Translations under genes and position numbers: made by a program
Shown: positions 19,768 through 30,035 of the stretch, piece after piece
Layout of the letters: every line of letters starts with the position of its first letter
Position numbering within the stretch: the first letter of the stretch is position 1
From: a virus
DNA length: 64,000 nucleotides
Strand: one strand, 5' to 3'
Virus record (IMG/VR): IMGVR_UViG_3300046328_000506
Span: 32,001-96,000 of that record
The notes under the pieces: model-generated
Told to the model about the DNA's origin: nothing
Database searches by the model: none
What the model saw: the letters and a program-made list of their open reading frames with translations, nothing else

Positions 19768-22700
19768 CTATGAAAAACTTTGTAATATCGTTGTAATTAT
19801 TCTTTGTACTTGTGTATATTTATCACCAGGATATGTAATTCTAAATTTACAATACTTATCCCTTACCCTTTTATTCTTAAAAAAGGATTGTTTGTGAATA
19901 TCGTCATTTTCTTTTTGTATTGTAATATAGTAGTGATTTTCCTTGTAATATGTGTTTGATTTATAGATACTAAAATAATCTGTATTATCCCTTAAATTAA
20001 TTAACATTTCATAGGTATCATTATCTGTAGTCATCTCTATTTTTGTAGGGGGAGACTCGTTAGATACAATCATTAAGTTATTAAATACTTGGTGTATGGT
20101 TGTATCTTTTGTTACTACAAATTCAAATACAAAGTTATCTTGCTCATTATAATAATTGCAATAAGGTACATTAGGACTTTCATGTTTCCAAATTGTATTT
20201 CTTATTGTATCTTGTTTATAAGGGAAACTAAATAGCTTATCATATAAAGTAAACATCATGTGTGGTGAGTATGGTAAGAATGTTTGCCATTTATCACTCA
20301 TCTCAAAATACACTAATGTTTTAAAGCTATCATCATCAAAACATTCTACTGGTGTTTTTATAATCTTTGTAGAGCCTTCTCTTCCTCCTGTAATTGTAAT
20401 TACGTTATTATTGTATTCTACTACAGGACATTCAAAGGGTATTATCTCAGTTAAATCTATTGTGCCACAAGTATTATTTGGTTTTTCAGATAAGAAAGAA
20501 AATATTACATCATTCTTCTTTACATCATAATATGTTCTAATATCATGTTTAAACCATGTAGACACTTGTCCTTGAAATCTATCGTTAATGCTGCGTAAAA
20601 ATGATTGAACATTAAAGTCTGATATTAACTTTAAACTATCTCCTGTAAATTGCCATATTTTTCCTTTATCTATATCTACACCGTACACAGTATTATCTGT
20701 ATTTAATATAGACCATTGCCACTTACTACCGTATAATTCTGAGATAGTTCTTGTTTCCCCTACTGGCGGTAATACTCCTGCCGATTCTATAAATACACTA
20801 CCTACAGCATCACTAAATGATTGTCTTCTTTGATTTACAGGTATTGAATGTAATCCGTTTTCAAATACACATATTAATTGACCATTTAAGTTTTTAATAG
20901 CTACAATAGCCCCTAAATGTTTCTGATAATCTTGTCTTGCTATTGGGGCAAACTTCCTATAACCATCTACAAATGAGTTAGATGTATATAGCTCTGAATA
21001 TATAATCCTTGTATCAAATCTATCCTCAATAAACGGGTTATCGCTTTTTAATGCTATATAGTTTTTACCAGAACTTGAATCTGAATATCCTTTATTACTT
21101 ACTGTAGTTTCTGGTAATTTAGACTTTTTCCAAACATTACCTGCATTTTCTCCACCATAATTCCCTTTTGTATAATAAGGTAAGAAGCTACGTTTTTCAG
21201 ATTCATCTACACTATATAAATTATCAGTTCTTAATCCTGGATTAAAGTTAGATTCTGTTAATAGTTGTAACGACAAACCTAAATTAGATTCTTGTGAAGA
21301 TTTCTCTAATACTTCTGTTAAATCTATGTTATTCCAATAAAGTTTTCTAAACGAAGTCCCAATATAATTATCGCCATTAAATCCTTCTAATCTGCCGTCT
21401 GGTCTTAATAATCTTTCATTTTCTAATGATGTAAACTGACTTGCATTTGAATTTACTTCTAACGCTTTTGCATTATCCCAGTACATCTCTTTCGTAATTG
21501 GGAAGAATGTTTCATATTCTGGTTTATATAAATCAAATAATTGTGGTGTAGGATAATATCCATTAGGATTATTTGTACCATCTTGATATAGATTTACTAA
21601 ATAAGCTAATGGTTTAGAAACTGTTTTCCCTACTATTGGGTAAACATAATCCTCTTCATATATAGGATTTCTAACTTTACCATTATATACTACAAATGAA
21701 GATGTTTTGGCTATTGGTTCTTGGTATGTTGTATGTTGGAATAAATTTGTTTGATTTTCCACGCTAATACCGATATAACTATCAAAAGATAATCTAAAAT
21801 TAGCGTTACCATTTGTAGGTTCATTTACTCTATACTCATTATCATCTAATCGTAAAAATGTATCTCTTAAATTTGGTGCAGATACTAAATACATTTTACT
21901 ACTAAATCTTCCTGCGTTATATGTATATTGATTATTTATTTGAAAATAATTCTTAGCAGTAAGTAGTTGATTATAAGGTGTATGTAGGATAGGTTTGTAT
22001 AATGAGAAACCTCCTGATGTAGTTATTAAATCTGTACTCCCATTACCATTAGTGGCATCAAAGAATTTAGATTGCGAAGCTATTGCGTATTGCATTGATA
22101 TTGCTGATAATAACTTCATTTTAACATCACTATTTGCTTCTAATGAGGATACTAACTTTTCACTATTTAATAGTAAATCTGGTGATATTAAAGCAAAGTT
22201 TTTATTTACAACATCTGTTCTTAAATAAGCTGAGTTTGGAGCACTCATTGGGTAAACAAACTTATATAAAAACTCTTGAAAGTAATCTTTGCCATCTGGA
22301 GGTAAATCATCATCATCATGTGTAGCTAAATGACTTTCTAATAACCAATCTACTGATGGGATTAATTTGTAATTTGTATCATTAAACTCATAGTCCATAA
22401 TAAAGTTTACATTGTCGTTTGGGGCATCTAAGAATGGTATTGGAAGAGTATCAATAATATATCCTTGTGTTATAATGTTAGATTTCTTTTTGCATCTAAC
22501 TATCATAAAACCTAATGTATCATCTAATATAGCTTGTGGAGGAGTTGGTATCTCAAATGTTGGATATAGCATATTAGCATAATACAACTCGTCAGACAAA
22601 GGTACTGTATCTCTTGTTGGAAATCTGAATATACCATTGATGTTTTCCCCTGTTGTTTCATCAAAAGGGTCATCTGTATTTAATGTAGTATTACTATATG

Positions 22701-24174
22701 TGTTTGTTACAGTTGAATCAATACCACGTAAAGGGAACACTGTACTGTAACTCCCATCTTTCATTTTAAACACTATACCAAATACATAACTTTCAGCACC
22801 CCAATAACCTAATTGGTAATAAATATTTTTTGGAGAGTAATAACCTGCACCATACGAACCGTTAGGATTTTTATAATCAATAGGAAGTGTTACTTGAAAT
22901 GTGCCACCAGAATAATCATTGTCGTATCCTGGAACTACTAACTTTTTAGTATCATAATATGTTTTTATTGTAGAAGCATACTCAAAAAACTCTTTGTAAT
23001 CGTAGAATTTATTTTTAATATTAGCAGCAAACAGTCTTCCTGCTACTTGTGTCATTGTTCTGAATGTATCTATTGAAGCATTGTTTACAGATAGAGTTGT
23101 AATATCTAATACTTGTGTTCTCTCTGTACCTGTATGCTCAAATCTTAAAGTATTCCCATCTGATATAAAGTATTTATTCTCTAATACAAAAGCGTTGTTA
23201 ATAGATTCTAAATCCCCAGCTTTATAAACATAAGATACTTTTACATAAGAATAGCTTTCATCTAAGTTACCTAAGATTAATACATTAGATTTATTTGTAG
23301 ATTCATTTGGTTGCCCTCCACGTATATTAGTCATAGCATTACCAAAATACACGCTACAATCAAAACTCTCACCAATTATATCTGTGCAATTCCCATCTTG
23401 GGTACACAATTGAAAGTAGTATTTATAATTACCAGCAGGTAAAGAACCTGTGCCTTGACTATCTAAATCAATATTTAATATCTTTTTGGTAGTTAGGATT
23501 AGATTTAATGTATTATCCCAATTTAATCTATTGTATAAATTAGAATCGTCATTGCCAATTCTATCCCTTATGACATATTTATTAGCTGGTAATACTGAAA
23601 ATCTACTATTTAAAGTTCTTGGTTTATTAAAGTTATCTGTAAAGATAATGTTTACTGAGTTATCATATACAGGTTGTATCTCTACTTCTAACGGTTTATC
23701 TATCTGAAAATTAAAGTAGATAGAATTAAAATCATTTATGTAATCTGTTTTAGGTACTCCATTAGGGTCAATATTATCCCCTAAATAATTCTTTAGTGGT
23801 TTATAGTTATATTCTAAATAGCCGTATTTATCACCATCTACCCAAGTTTCACCATCAATATTTGTAAAGCTATCATAATTAGGGGAAGGAAAACTCCCAA
23901 CTTCACCTCTCCCTGTAAATCTAAAATTAACGTATTCAGCACTTAGTATATAACAAATACCATTATAAGTCTTATTTCCAACAGGTACATAGTTTGGTTT
24001 TAATAATGTAGTATATTCATTACCCAATGGTGTTTGAATTATTAATTCATTACCATTGTGAGTTACAAAGTATAAATTTTCAGCGTAAGTTACAACATTA
24101 TCAGGTGTTTGATAGACTGGAAAATCCATCTTCATTCCTTCATTAAACGTGTTTTGTATTGGAATTTTTGGCAT
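19768..24174 (-). CDS. Tail stabilization / muzzle protein (crAss Tstab, P22 gp10-like)
   Basis: 1468 aa; NTFNEGMKMD N-terminus, GEVGSFPSP, YGSKWQWSI, YGVDIDKGKIW, RVRDKYCKFRITY C-terminus; synteny. Confidence 0.85.
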   Translation of the reverse strand: MPKIPIQNTFNEGMKMDFPVYQTPDNVVTYAENLYFVTHNGNELIIQTPLGNEYTTLLKPNYVPVGNKTYNGICYILSAEYVNFRFTGRGEVGSFPSPNYDSFTNIDGETWVDGDKYGYLEYNYKPLKNYLGDNIDPNGVPKTDYINDFNSIYFNFQIDKPLEVEIQPVYDNSVNIIFTDNFNKPRTLNSRFSVLPANKYVIRDRIGNDDSNLYNRLNWDNTLNLILTTKKILNIDLDSQGTGSLPAGNYKYYFQLCTQDGNCTDIIGESFDCSVYFGNAMTNIRGGQPNESTNKSNVLILGNLDESYSYVKVSYVYKAGDLESINNAFVLENKYFISDGNTLRFEHTGTERTQVLDITTLSVNNASIDTFRTMTQVAGRLFAANIKNKFYDYKEFFEYASTIKTYYDTKKLVVPGYDNDYSGGTFQVTLPIDYKNPNGSYGAGYYSPKNIYYQLGYWGAESYVFGIVFKMKDGSYSTVFPLRGIDSTVTNTYSNTTLNTDDPFDETTGENINGIFRFPTRDTVPLSDELYYANMLYPTFEIPTPPQAILDDTLGFMIVRCKKKSNIITQGYIIDTLPIPFLDAPNDNVNFIMDYEFNDTNYKLIPSVDWLLESHLATHDDDDLPPDGKDYFQEFLYKFVYPMSAPNSAYLRTDVVNKNFALISPDLLLNSEKLVSSLEANSDVKMKLLSAISMQYAIASQSKFFDATNGNGSTDLITTSGGFSLYKPILHTPYNQLLTAKNYFQINNQYTYNAGRFSSKMYLVSAPNLRDTFLRLDDNEYRVNEPTNGNANFRLSFDSYIGISVENQTNLFQHTTYQEPIAKTSSFVVYNGKVRNPIYEEDYVYPIVGKTVSKPLAYLVNLYQDGTNNPNGYYPTPQLFDLYKPEYETFFPITKEMYWDNAKALEVNSNASQFTSLENERLLRPDGRLEGFNGDNYIGTSFRKLYWNNIDLTEVLEKSSQESNLGLSLQLLTESNFNPGLRTDNLYSVDESEKRSFLPYYTKGNYGGENAGNVWKKSKLPETTVSNKGYSDSSSGKNYIALKSDNPFIEDRFDTRIIYSELYTSNSFVDGYRKFAPIARQDYQKHLGAIVAIKNLNGQLICVFENGLHSIPVNQRRQSFSDAVGSVFIESAGVLPPVGETRTISELYGSKWQWSILNTDNTVYGVDIDKGKIWQFTGDSLKLISDFNVQSFLRSINDRFQGQVSTWFKHDIRTYYDVKKNDVIFSFLSEKPNNTCGTIDLTEIIPFECPVVEYNNNVITITGGREGSTKIIKTPVECFDDDSFKTLVYFEMSDKWQTFLPYSPHMMFTLYDKLFSFPYKQDTIRNTIWKHESPNVPYCNYYNEQDNFVFEFVVTKDTTIHQVFNNLMIVSNESPPTKIEMTTDNDTYEMLINLRDNTDYFSIYKSNTYYKENHYYITIQKENDDIHKQSFFKNKRVRDKYCKFRITYPGDKYTQVQRIITTILQSFS

Positions 24175-25276
24175 ATTGTTTTTTTCTATCTAATGTTCTT
24201 TTTTTAATATTATTATATGCAGTTTTACCTAACCATCTGTATATTCTAAATGAAAAATCACTTGTTTTAAAGAATAATGGTCTCATTTTTACTACACTAC
24301 TACACAATTTAGATAAAGCTACCATAAAAAATCTAACTAATTTCTCATAGTTTAACAAATGATACTTTTTAAGTGCATGTACTTTTTGAGCATAGTATTC
24401 TATATGCTTCTCAAAAGGTGCTATCTCATTTGTAAATAGTTTATCGTTATTTTCTATAATACTTATTTGTGTTTGTTGTTCAATTATTCTTTTATTAGCA
24501 GATGTTTTCTTAGAATACTCTAAATTAAACTTTCTCCTAACTCTAACTTTTTTAGGTCTTTTTAATTCTTTACTGTATAATGTCCAATCATTTACTATTT
24601 CTTTGTAAGGTAAAAAATTAAATTGACCAGTATTCATTTTATCAACTAATTTTTTATACATATTCCTTGATACATCCACTCTATACCTATGTGTAATTGG
24701 GAATAAATATTTATCAACTCTCTTAGCTATGTGCATTTGAAATGTATAATACTTAAATTTAGTCTTAAATAAATCTACATCTTTATACACACGTTTAGCT
24801 TGTCTTTTTCTTTGTAGCTCTATGTCAGGTATTGCTCTTACACACAATTCTGCTTTAAATTTTGTAGGCAAGATAAATTTTCCCCCATTTTCAATTAAAT
24901 CTTCAAACACTACTTCAAAAAAATCACATAATAAAGATTTACCAACAGCTTTTGGAGAGTTTGCCCTAAATATAGTTCTAAATCTTTTAGTCTTTCTACC
25001 ATTAATAATTTCAGGTCTTTCAATTATTAATAGTTTTTTATAGTTAGTTGGGAATATAGATTCATTCCTTGTTAAATCAGAATAATCATATATCATATTA
25101 TTCCTTAATAACTCTGCTTTTACATTTGGAGTAAGCCTTTCAACTGATTTATGTAAAACACTTTTCCGAATAAGTGCTTCAATAGCTGCATTTGAAAACT
25201 TATTTAAACTTTTATAAAATTCCCTTCTTGCATTTAAGTCATTTATCTGTTTATCTGTTAATCCTTTTCTGTCCAC
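24143..25276 (-). CDS. Basic protein, possibly IHF-like crAss conserved gene
   Basis: Very Lys/Arg-rich; position between ring and muzzle genes. Confidence 0.5.
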   Translation of the reverse strand: MDRKGLTDKQINDLNARREFYKSLNKFSNAAIEALIRKSVLHKSVERLTPNVKAELLRNNMIYDYSDLTRNESIFPTNYKKLLIIERPEIINGRKTKRFRTIFRANSPKAVGKSLLCDFFEVVFEDLIENGGKFILPTKFKAELCVRAIPDIELQRKRQAKRVYKDVDLFKTKFKYYTFQMHIAKRVDKYLFPITHRYRVDVSRNMYKKLVDKMNTGQFNFLPYKEIVNDWTLYSKELKRPKKVRVRRKFNLEYSKKTSANKRIIEQQTQISIIENNDKLFTNEIAPFEKHIEYYAQKVHALKKYHLLNYEKLVRFFMVALSKLCSSVVKMRPLFFKTSDFSFRIYRWLGKTAYNNIKKRTLDRKKQYAKNSNTKHV

Positions 25277-25411
25277 TATAACATTCCTTTTATTGTTGAT
25301 TTATCTTTTGCATCTTTATATAAAGTACAAAGTAATATTTTGTATTCTACACCACTTAAAGGTTTTGACTTCTTTATACTTTCAATAATCTTTAACAATT
25401 CTTTATTCATT
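25277..25411 (-). CDS. Small hypothetical protein (44 aa)
   Basis: Own translation MNKELLKIIESIKKSKPLSGVEYKILLCTLYKDAKDKSTIKGML fills the gap between coupled genes. Confidence 0.45.
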
Positions 25412-26180
25412 ACTGATTAAATTTATAATCTTGATTGTAAAACTTTCTATTGAAAGAACTTAGTCTATTCAATATACTATCTATTGCATTTTGTGAGAAA
25501 TGTTCTGGTATTCTTGCTTGAACACATTCTTGTAACCAATTTTGTTTTGCTAATTGTACAGTCTGTCCTAACGGTAAACCCATAAATGCTTGCTTTTGCT
25601 TATCTAAATAATTACAGTAGTAAGCTATCGCTACAGCTTCTTTTTCTGTAACTTTCATAAAACCTTCTTCATCTGCTAAATATCCTCTATAAATAACATT
25701 TAACATTCTGTGTTCTGTATAATTCTTAACAGTTCCGGGTGTTAATTGATTAGCATATTGGTAATCTAATACTATTTTGTTATCTACAAATGTATAGTTA
25801 GTAAACTTACCAAAAGGAAATAAGTTAGATTTGTCTAATCTTCCCAATATATAATAGCCACGAATAGCATAGAAATAAGGAAAGTATGCTTGTAATTGTG
25901 GATTTAAGAATATCTCTGAGGTTAAATAACTATTGTATGTAATATCGTCAAATGTTACAGCTTCAATAGCACCTACATTACAAGGCAACTCTACCACACC
26001 GTCTACAATAGCCCCCCTATGTAAGAATATATCATAGTGAACATTCCCTATTTTTTTTAATGCTATTGCTGCATTTTCTATAATATCATCTTCTTGCATA
26101 TCAATACCAAACAACCTTGTTAAGATTGGTTTAACTGATAATACTGAAACATAATTGTATGTACTATTATTCTCTATCAT
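25410..26180 (-). CDS. Tail tubular / ring protein
   Basis: ALKKIGN, VELPCNV..IEAVT, YRG...DEEG, AIAYYC motifs; synteny. Confidence 0.7.
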   Translation of the reverse strand: MIENNSTYNYVSVLSVKPILTRLFGIDMQEDDIIENAAIALKKIGNVHYDIFLHRGAIVDGVVELPCNVGAIEAVTFDDITYNSYLTSEIFLNPQLQAYFPYFYAIRGYYILGRLDKSNLFPFGKFTNYTFVDNKIVLDYQYANQLTPGTVKNYTEHRMLNVIYRGYLADEEGFMKVTEKEAVAIAYYCNYLDKQKQAFMGLPLGQTVQLAKQNWLQECVQARIPEHFSQNAIDSILNRLSSFNRKFYNQDYKFNQ

Positions 26181-26269
26181 TTGCGGTTTAAGCCCTTGTT
26201 TTTTTAGACTTATGTTTATATGTTTTTAAAAAAATAGTTGCTTAGAATCAATTTGTGAAAGAATTAAGG

Positions 26270-27034
26270 CTACCCTGTTACTAAGTTACCTTGTATATTA
26301 CCTTGTAGAACTTGCGGTACATTTGCTTTCCTATAATACCCTAAAAATTCTTGTGTAATACTTGTAATAATTTTATCTACAATAAACTCTGGTGCTGGGT
26401 ATGTATCATCATCACATATCTTAGAGCAATTAAAGAAATTCACATCTAACGGATTTTCAAAGATTGCTTCTATTGTTAAATACTTTATATTTTCTGTTGG
26501 TGGATTAAATAAAAACACATCGTAGAATATACCCGAACTTTCAAACTCTGTATTAATATATTCTGTTGGTTCAAATAATGTTGTAGCTAATATAGAAGTA
26601 TCTACCCAAGCATAAGGTCTGTGTGATGTTTTAAGGCTATATTGATGATATGCAAAAGTTGTATCATAGAATACTTTAAATGGTTTCATTCTATTTGGCG
26701 TACCCAAGTATAATACTGGGTCGGCAATAGCATTAGATAATCTTGGTATTCTAAAATGTTTAGCTGTTTCAAATCCCTTTACATGACAACATCTTTCTAT
26801 ATTTTGACAATCAAGCTCTATACAAGTTATTGATTGTTTTAATTTATTTAAAAAATCTAATTCAGATTTAGAAATAGAAATCTCTTTAAGTATAGTAGCT
26901 CTCCTTGTATTTATCATATACTTGATTTGCTCCATACTATATCCAAAATTGACATTACCAATAGCTCCTGTAATATTTTTTTGAATTGCGGATGCTATTT
27001 TCTTTAATGACCAAACTGTATTTAATGACTCCAT
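26270..27034 (-). CDS. Ring/adaptor structural protein
   Basis: QSITCIEL, IEAIFENP, DDTYPAP motifs; synteny. Confidence 0.65.
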   Translation of the reverse strand: MESLNTVWSLKKIASAIQKNITGAIGNVNFGYSMEQIKYMINTRRATILKEISISKSELDFLNKLKQSITCIELDCQNIERCCHVKGFETAKHFRIPRLSNAIADPVLYLGTPNRMKPFKVFYDTTFAYHQYSLKTSHRPYAWVDTSILATTLFEPTEYINTEFESSGIFYDVFLFNPPTENIKYLTIEAIFENPLDVNFFNCSKICDDDTYPAPEFIVDKIITSITQEFLGYYRKANVPQVLQGNIQGNLVTG

Positions 27035-27132
27035 TTATCCTAATTTAATTTGTTCGTAAATATAAACAAAAAAAGAGGAAGCCAAAGACTTCCCCCTTTT
27101 GTAAACTTAATTTCAATCTTAAATAAAAAATG

Positions 27133-28209
27133 TTATGCGTTTGTTTTGAACTGTGCAAGGGTACAACCATTTGTGTAAGTACCACCAACAACTGCGTTCC
27201 AAACTTCAGTTCCTGTACCTCTGTCAAAATAATCAGCTAATGAATCAATTTGAGTTTCTAATGCTGGTATGCTTTGATTAACCCAAATTACAAGTGTTTC
27301 TTCATCTGATGTTGAATTTGGGAAATAATTATGGAAATCTTTTCTATCCATAGTCATTGTAACCGCAAATTCTGTATAAAGATTACCTGCAATTGGAATT
27401 TGTGCTTGCTCACCTTTGTTTTGTGAAGCCCAACCACTTGCCCAATCTAAACCGAGCAAAGTACGTTTTGCAAATAGTTCGTCAAAAGTACCAAGACCAG
27501 GAGATTGTGCTTGTGTTGTTGTTGGATTAAACACTGTTACATAAGCAGATGATTGATTATCAACACCAGTAACACTAAATTTTTCAAAGTATTGGTATGG
27601 CGTAAGTGTTTCAAAGTTTACATCTGAAATAGAAGTATAAGAACGAACAGGCTGAGTTAAAGCTGATGCCAAAATTGCAGAGAATGTAGTGCCATCATTA
27701 TACGTACCAGATACAGTAGCACCAGATACAGGGGCAACCGTAAAGTTAGGGTTTTTTACACCACGAGCTCTGTAAGTATAAGTGATTGTGTTTACCATCT
27801 TAGCCAAGAATGTAGCCGCAGTTTCGCCAGTTGTGATATTAATCTCAAAAGGTCTCTGTCTGAAATTAGTCATTCTCTTAGTTTGGTACTGTGCTTCCCA
27901 ATGTGTATCAACAACATTAAAAGTTAAATAAACTTTTGTGTTTGCTGGAATTGTACCTGTTACAGTAATTTCAGCAGCAGTTGCAGCAGTTACATTTACT
28001 ACGTGTGTTGTGCCAACTTTACCACGAGAACCACTTACTCTTGTTACTTTGTTAAAAGGAATACCTGTTGAAGTGTATCCTAATAACCCACCTATAAACA
28101 AATTATCACCAAGCAATGCTGTCGAAGCTGCTTGTGATGCTCCTAATGTATAATCAATAGGAAAATTTGTTAGGTCATTAATTAGAAGTGTTTTTGTTAC
28201 GTTAAACAT
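27133..28209 (-). CDS. Structural protein (auxiliary capsid-like)
   Basis: 358 aa, high-expression codon style, located between MCP and ring genes. Confidence 0.6.
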   Translation of the reverse strand: MFNVTKTLLINDLTNFPIDYTLGASQAASTALLGDNLFIGGLLGYTSTGIPFNKVTRVSGSRGKVGTTHVVNVTAATAAEITVTGTIPANTKVYLTFNVVDTHWEAQYQTKRMTNFRQRPFEINITTGETAATFLAKMVNTITYTYRARGVKNPNFTVAPVSGATVSGTYNDGTTFSAILASALTQPVRSYTSISDVNFETLTPYQYFEKFSVTGVDNQSSAYVTVFNPTTTQAQSPGLGTFDELFAKRTLLGLDWASGWASQNKGEQAQIPIAGNLYTEFAVTMTMDRKDFHNYFPNSTSDEETLVIWVNQSIPALETQIDSLADYFDRGTGTEVWNAVVGGTYTNGCTLAQFKTNA

Positions 28210-28286
28210 ATTGTTTTTTTGTTGTTTTGTGTGTGAGACAAGTCTTTTGGTTATTTACTTATCTAAATTGTTTATAAAGATAGGAG

Positions 28287-29054
28287 TTATTGTTGAACTT
28301 GTATTGATTGGTTAATCGGTATATTACTTTGTAACCTTTCATTAACTTGTTGCTCAAATGATAATGCTACATATTTCTTAACTATCTCATTACATACATA
28401 ATTTGGAAATTCAAATACTGTACTTTCATCAATAGCTGTGGTTCTAAATAAATCTAATTGCTGATAAGTTAAAGTATATTTATTTGGCTCTTTTAAATAC
28501 CTCATACCAAGCTCATCTATTGTAGTATTTGTACCTAAATTCCCAACAATAATTTCTACCCAACCTTTTGTTGAGGAAGTTTCTACACTCTCATCATCTG
28601 AATAAATATGGTAATAAAGGCGTTCTTCTTTCCAACTAGGCTTATCAAATTCATTCATCTCAACAAATGGATACATATCATCATTTGCTTTCTTTACAGA
28701 TATAGGGTTAGATACAGTAAATTGTCCTGGTACTATTTTACCACAATCTAATTTAGGAAAACGGACTTTAACATATACATTTGTTAAATGCCAATAATTT
28801 AATGGTAATAATACTCTATATGAATTAGTGTAACTACCCACAGTTAAGTCTGCACTTCTTTTAACAACTTGCCGCTTAATTGCTTGCAAGTAATCAGTTG
28901 TTTGCTGTGTAGTCTCAAATGTATTGTACGCAATGTTAGCACATTCCTGTATAGATTTGTTTAAATAATAGTTGAACTCAAATAAAGATTGAGTTGGAGC
29001 TTCCTCTTTATTGAGTTCAACAAGTACATTTCCATAAAATTCAAGTATAGTCAT
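28287..29054 (-). CDS. Ring/adaptor structural protein
   Basis: ELNKEEAP, FNYYLNK, LPLNYWH, YLKEP, EFPNYVCNEIV motifs; synteny. Confidence 0.7.
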   Translation of the reverse strand: MTILEFYGNVLVELNKEEAPTQSLFEFNYYLNKSIQECANIAYNTFETTQQTTDYLQAIKRQVVKRSADLTVGSYTNSYRVLLPLNYWHLTNVYVKVRFPKLDCGKIVPGQFTVSNPISVKKANDDMYPFVEMNEFDKPSWKEERLYYHIYSDDESVETSSTKGWVEIIVGNLGTNTTIDELGMRYLKEPNKYTLTYQQLDLFRTTAIDESTVFEFPNYVCNEIVKKYVALSFEQQVNERLQSNIPINQSIQVQQ

Positions 29055-29992
29055 TATTTACGTTTTGCAGGTGCTTTTGGAGAAGCTGTGTTAAAATCAC
29101 TTTCTCCTGATAAATATGTTGCTTGAAAACTATTAATATCGTCTTGTTTGTAATACTCTGAATTTACACTCATTGTAATAAGTCTTGTTATATCAACATT
29201 CTTATCACGCTTCATAAATTCTAAAATACCATCATCAGTTGCCCCTAATAATGTTTCACCATATTTCCATATACCATCTTCCATACGAATTGTGCCTTTT
29301 TGTTTTGCTTTTTGCAATAACACTTTCATTTGTAAATCTGGGTCAGCAAATACTGATAAAATTATATCTGGATTTTTTGCAGCAGTTTCGTACATAAGTT
29401 GTTTGATTTGGTCAGGTAAAAACCCACCCATATCTTCTGATGTAACGAGTTGTGCTTTGTATCTTAACTCTGTATCTGATTCATTTTTAATCATGTACTG
29501 AGCATTGATTACTTTTTCTTGTCTTGCAACAAGTCTCTTTTCTTCACGACCTTCTATGTGAATAACAAATTGACCACTATCTCTACCCATACCCTTAGCT
29601 TCTTGTAAAGACATAGCTACTTTTGGGTGATGCTTAATCCAAGCCCAACGATTTCTCTCCATTGGTTTAGCTAAGTTTAATACAGCACCATCTCTCAATT
29701 CAAATTCTGACTCTGGTGTTTGTACACCACTTGCTCCCACTTGCTTAATTCTTTCTTCCCAATCATTACCAATACCTAAATATTCGTTTTGGTATCTTGA
29801 ATAAACTGGTTTAATAATACACTTTCTCTCTTTGTATTTCAAAGACCTAAACTCTACCATTTGAGATGGGTTATTCTCAATATCATAGATAACTTTTTCT
29901 CTTGCTGTCATAGCAGCATACTCTAATTCTGAATTACTCATTTGTCTTTTATTGTTTGTTTGTGTTAAATAAATTATATAAGATTGTACCAA
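29054..29992 (-). CDS. Conserved crAss capsid-module protein downstream of MCP
   Basis: Position after MCP; LLQKAKQKG.I..DG.WKYGETLLG motif. True start probably the internal Met (MSNSEL). Confidence 0.65.
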   Translation of the reverse strand: MVQSYIIYLTQTNNKRQMSNSELEYAAMTAREKVIYDIENNPSQMVEFRSLKYKERKCIIKPVYSRYQNEYLGIGNDWEERIKQVGASGVQTPESEFELRDGAVLNLAKPMERNRWAWIKHHPKVAMSLQEAKGMGRDSGQFVIHIEGREEKRLVARQEKVINAQYMIKNESDTELRYKAQLVTSEDMGGFLPDQIKQLMYETAAKNPDIILSVFADPDLQMKVLLQKAKQKGTIRMEDGIWKYGETLLGATDDGILEFMKRDKNVDITRLITMSVNSEYYKQDDINSFQATYLSGESDFNTASPKAPAKRK

Positions 29993-30035
29993 GTGAACTA
30001 TTCTACTCAGTACAATCTTATATTTATGTGTTAGT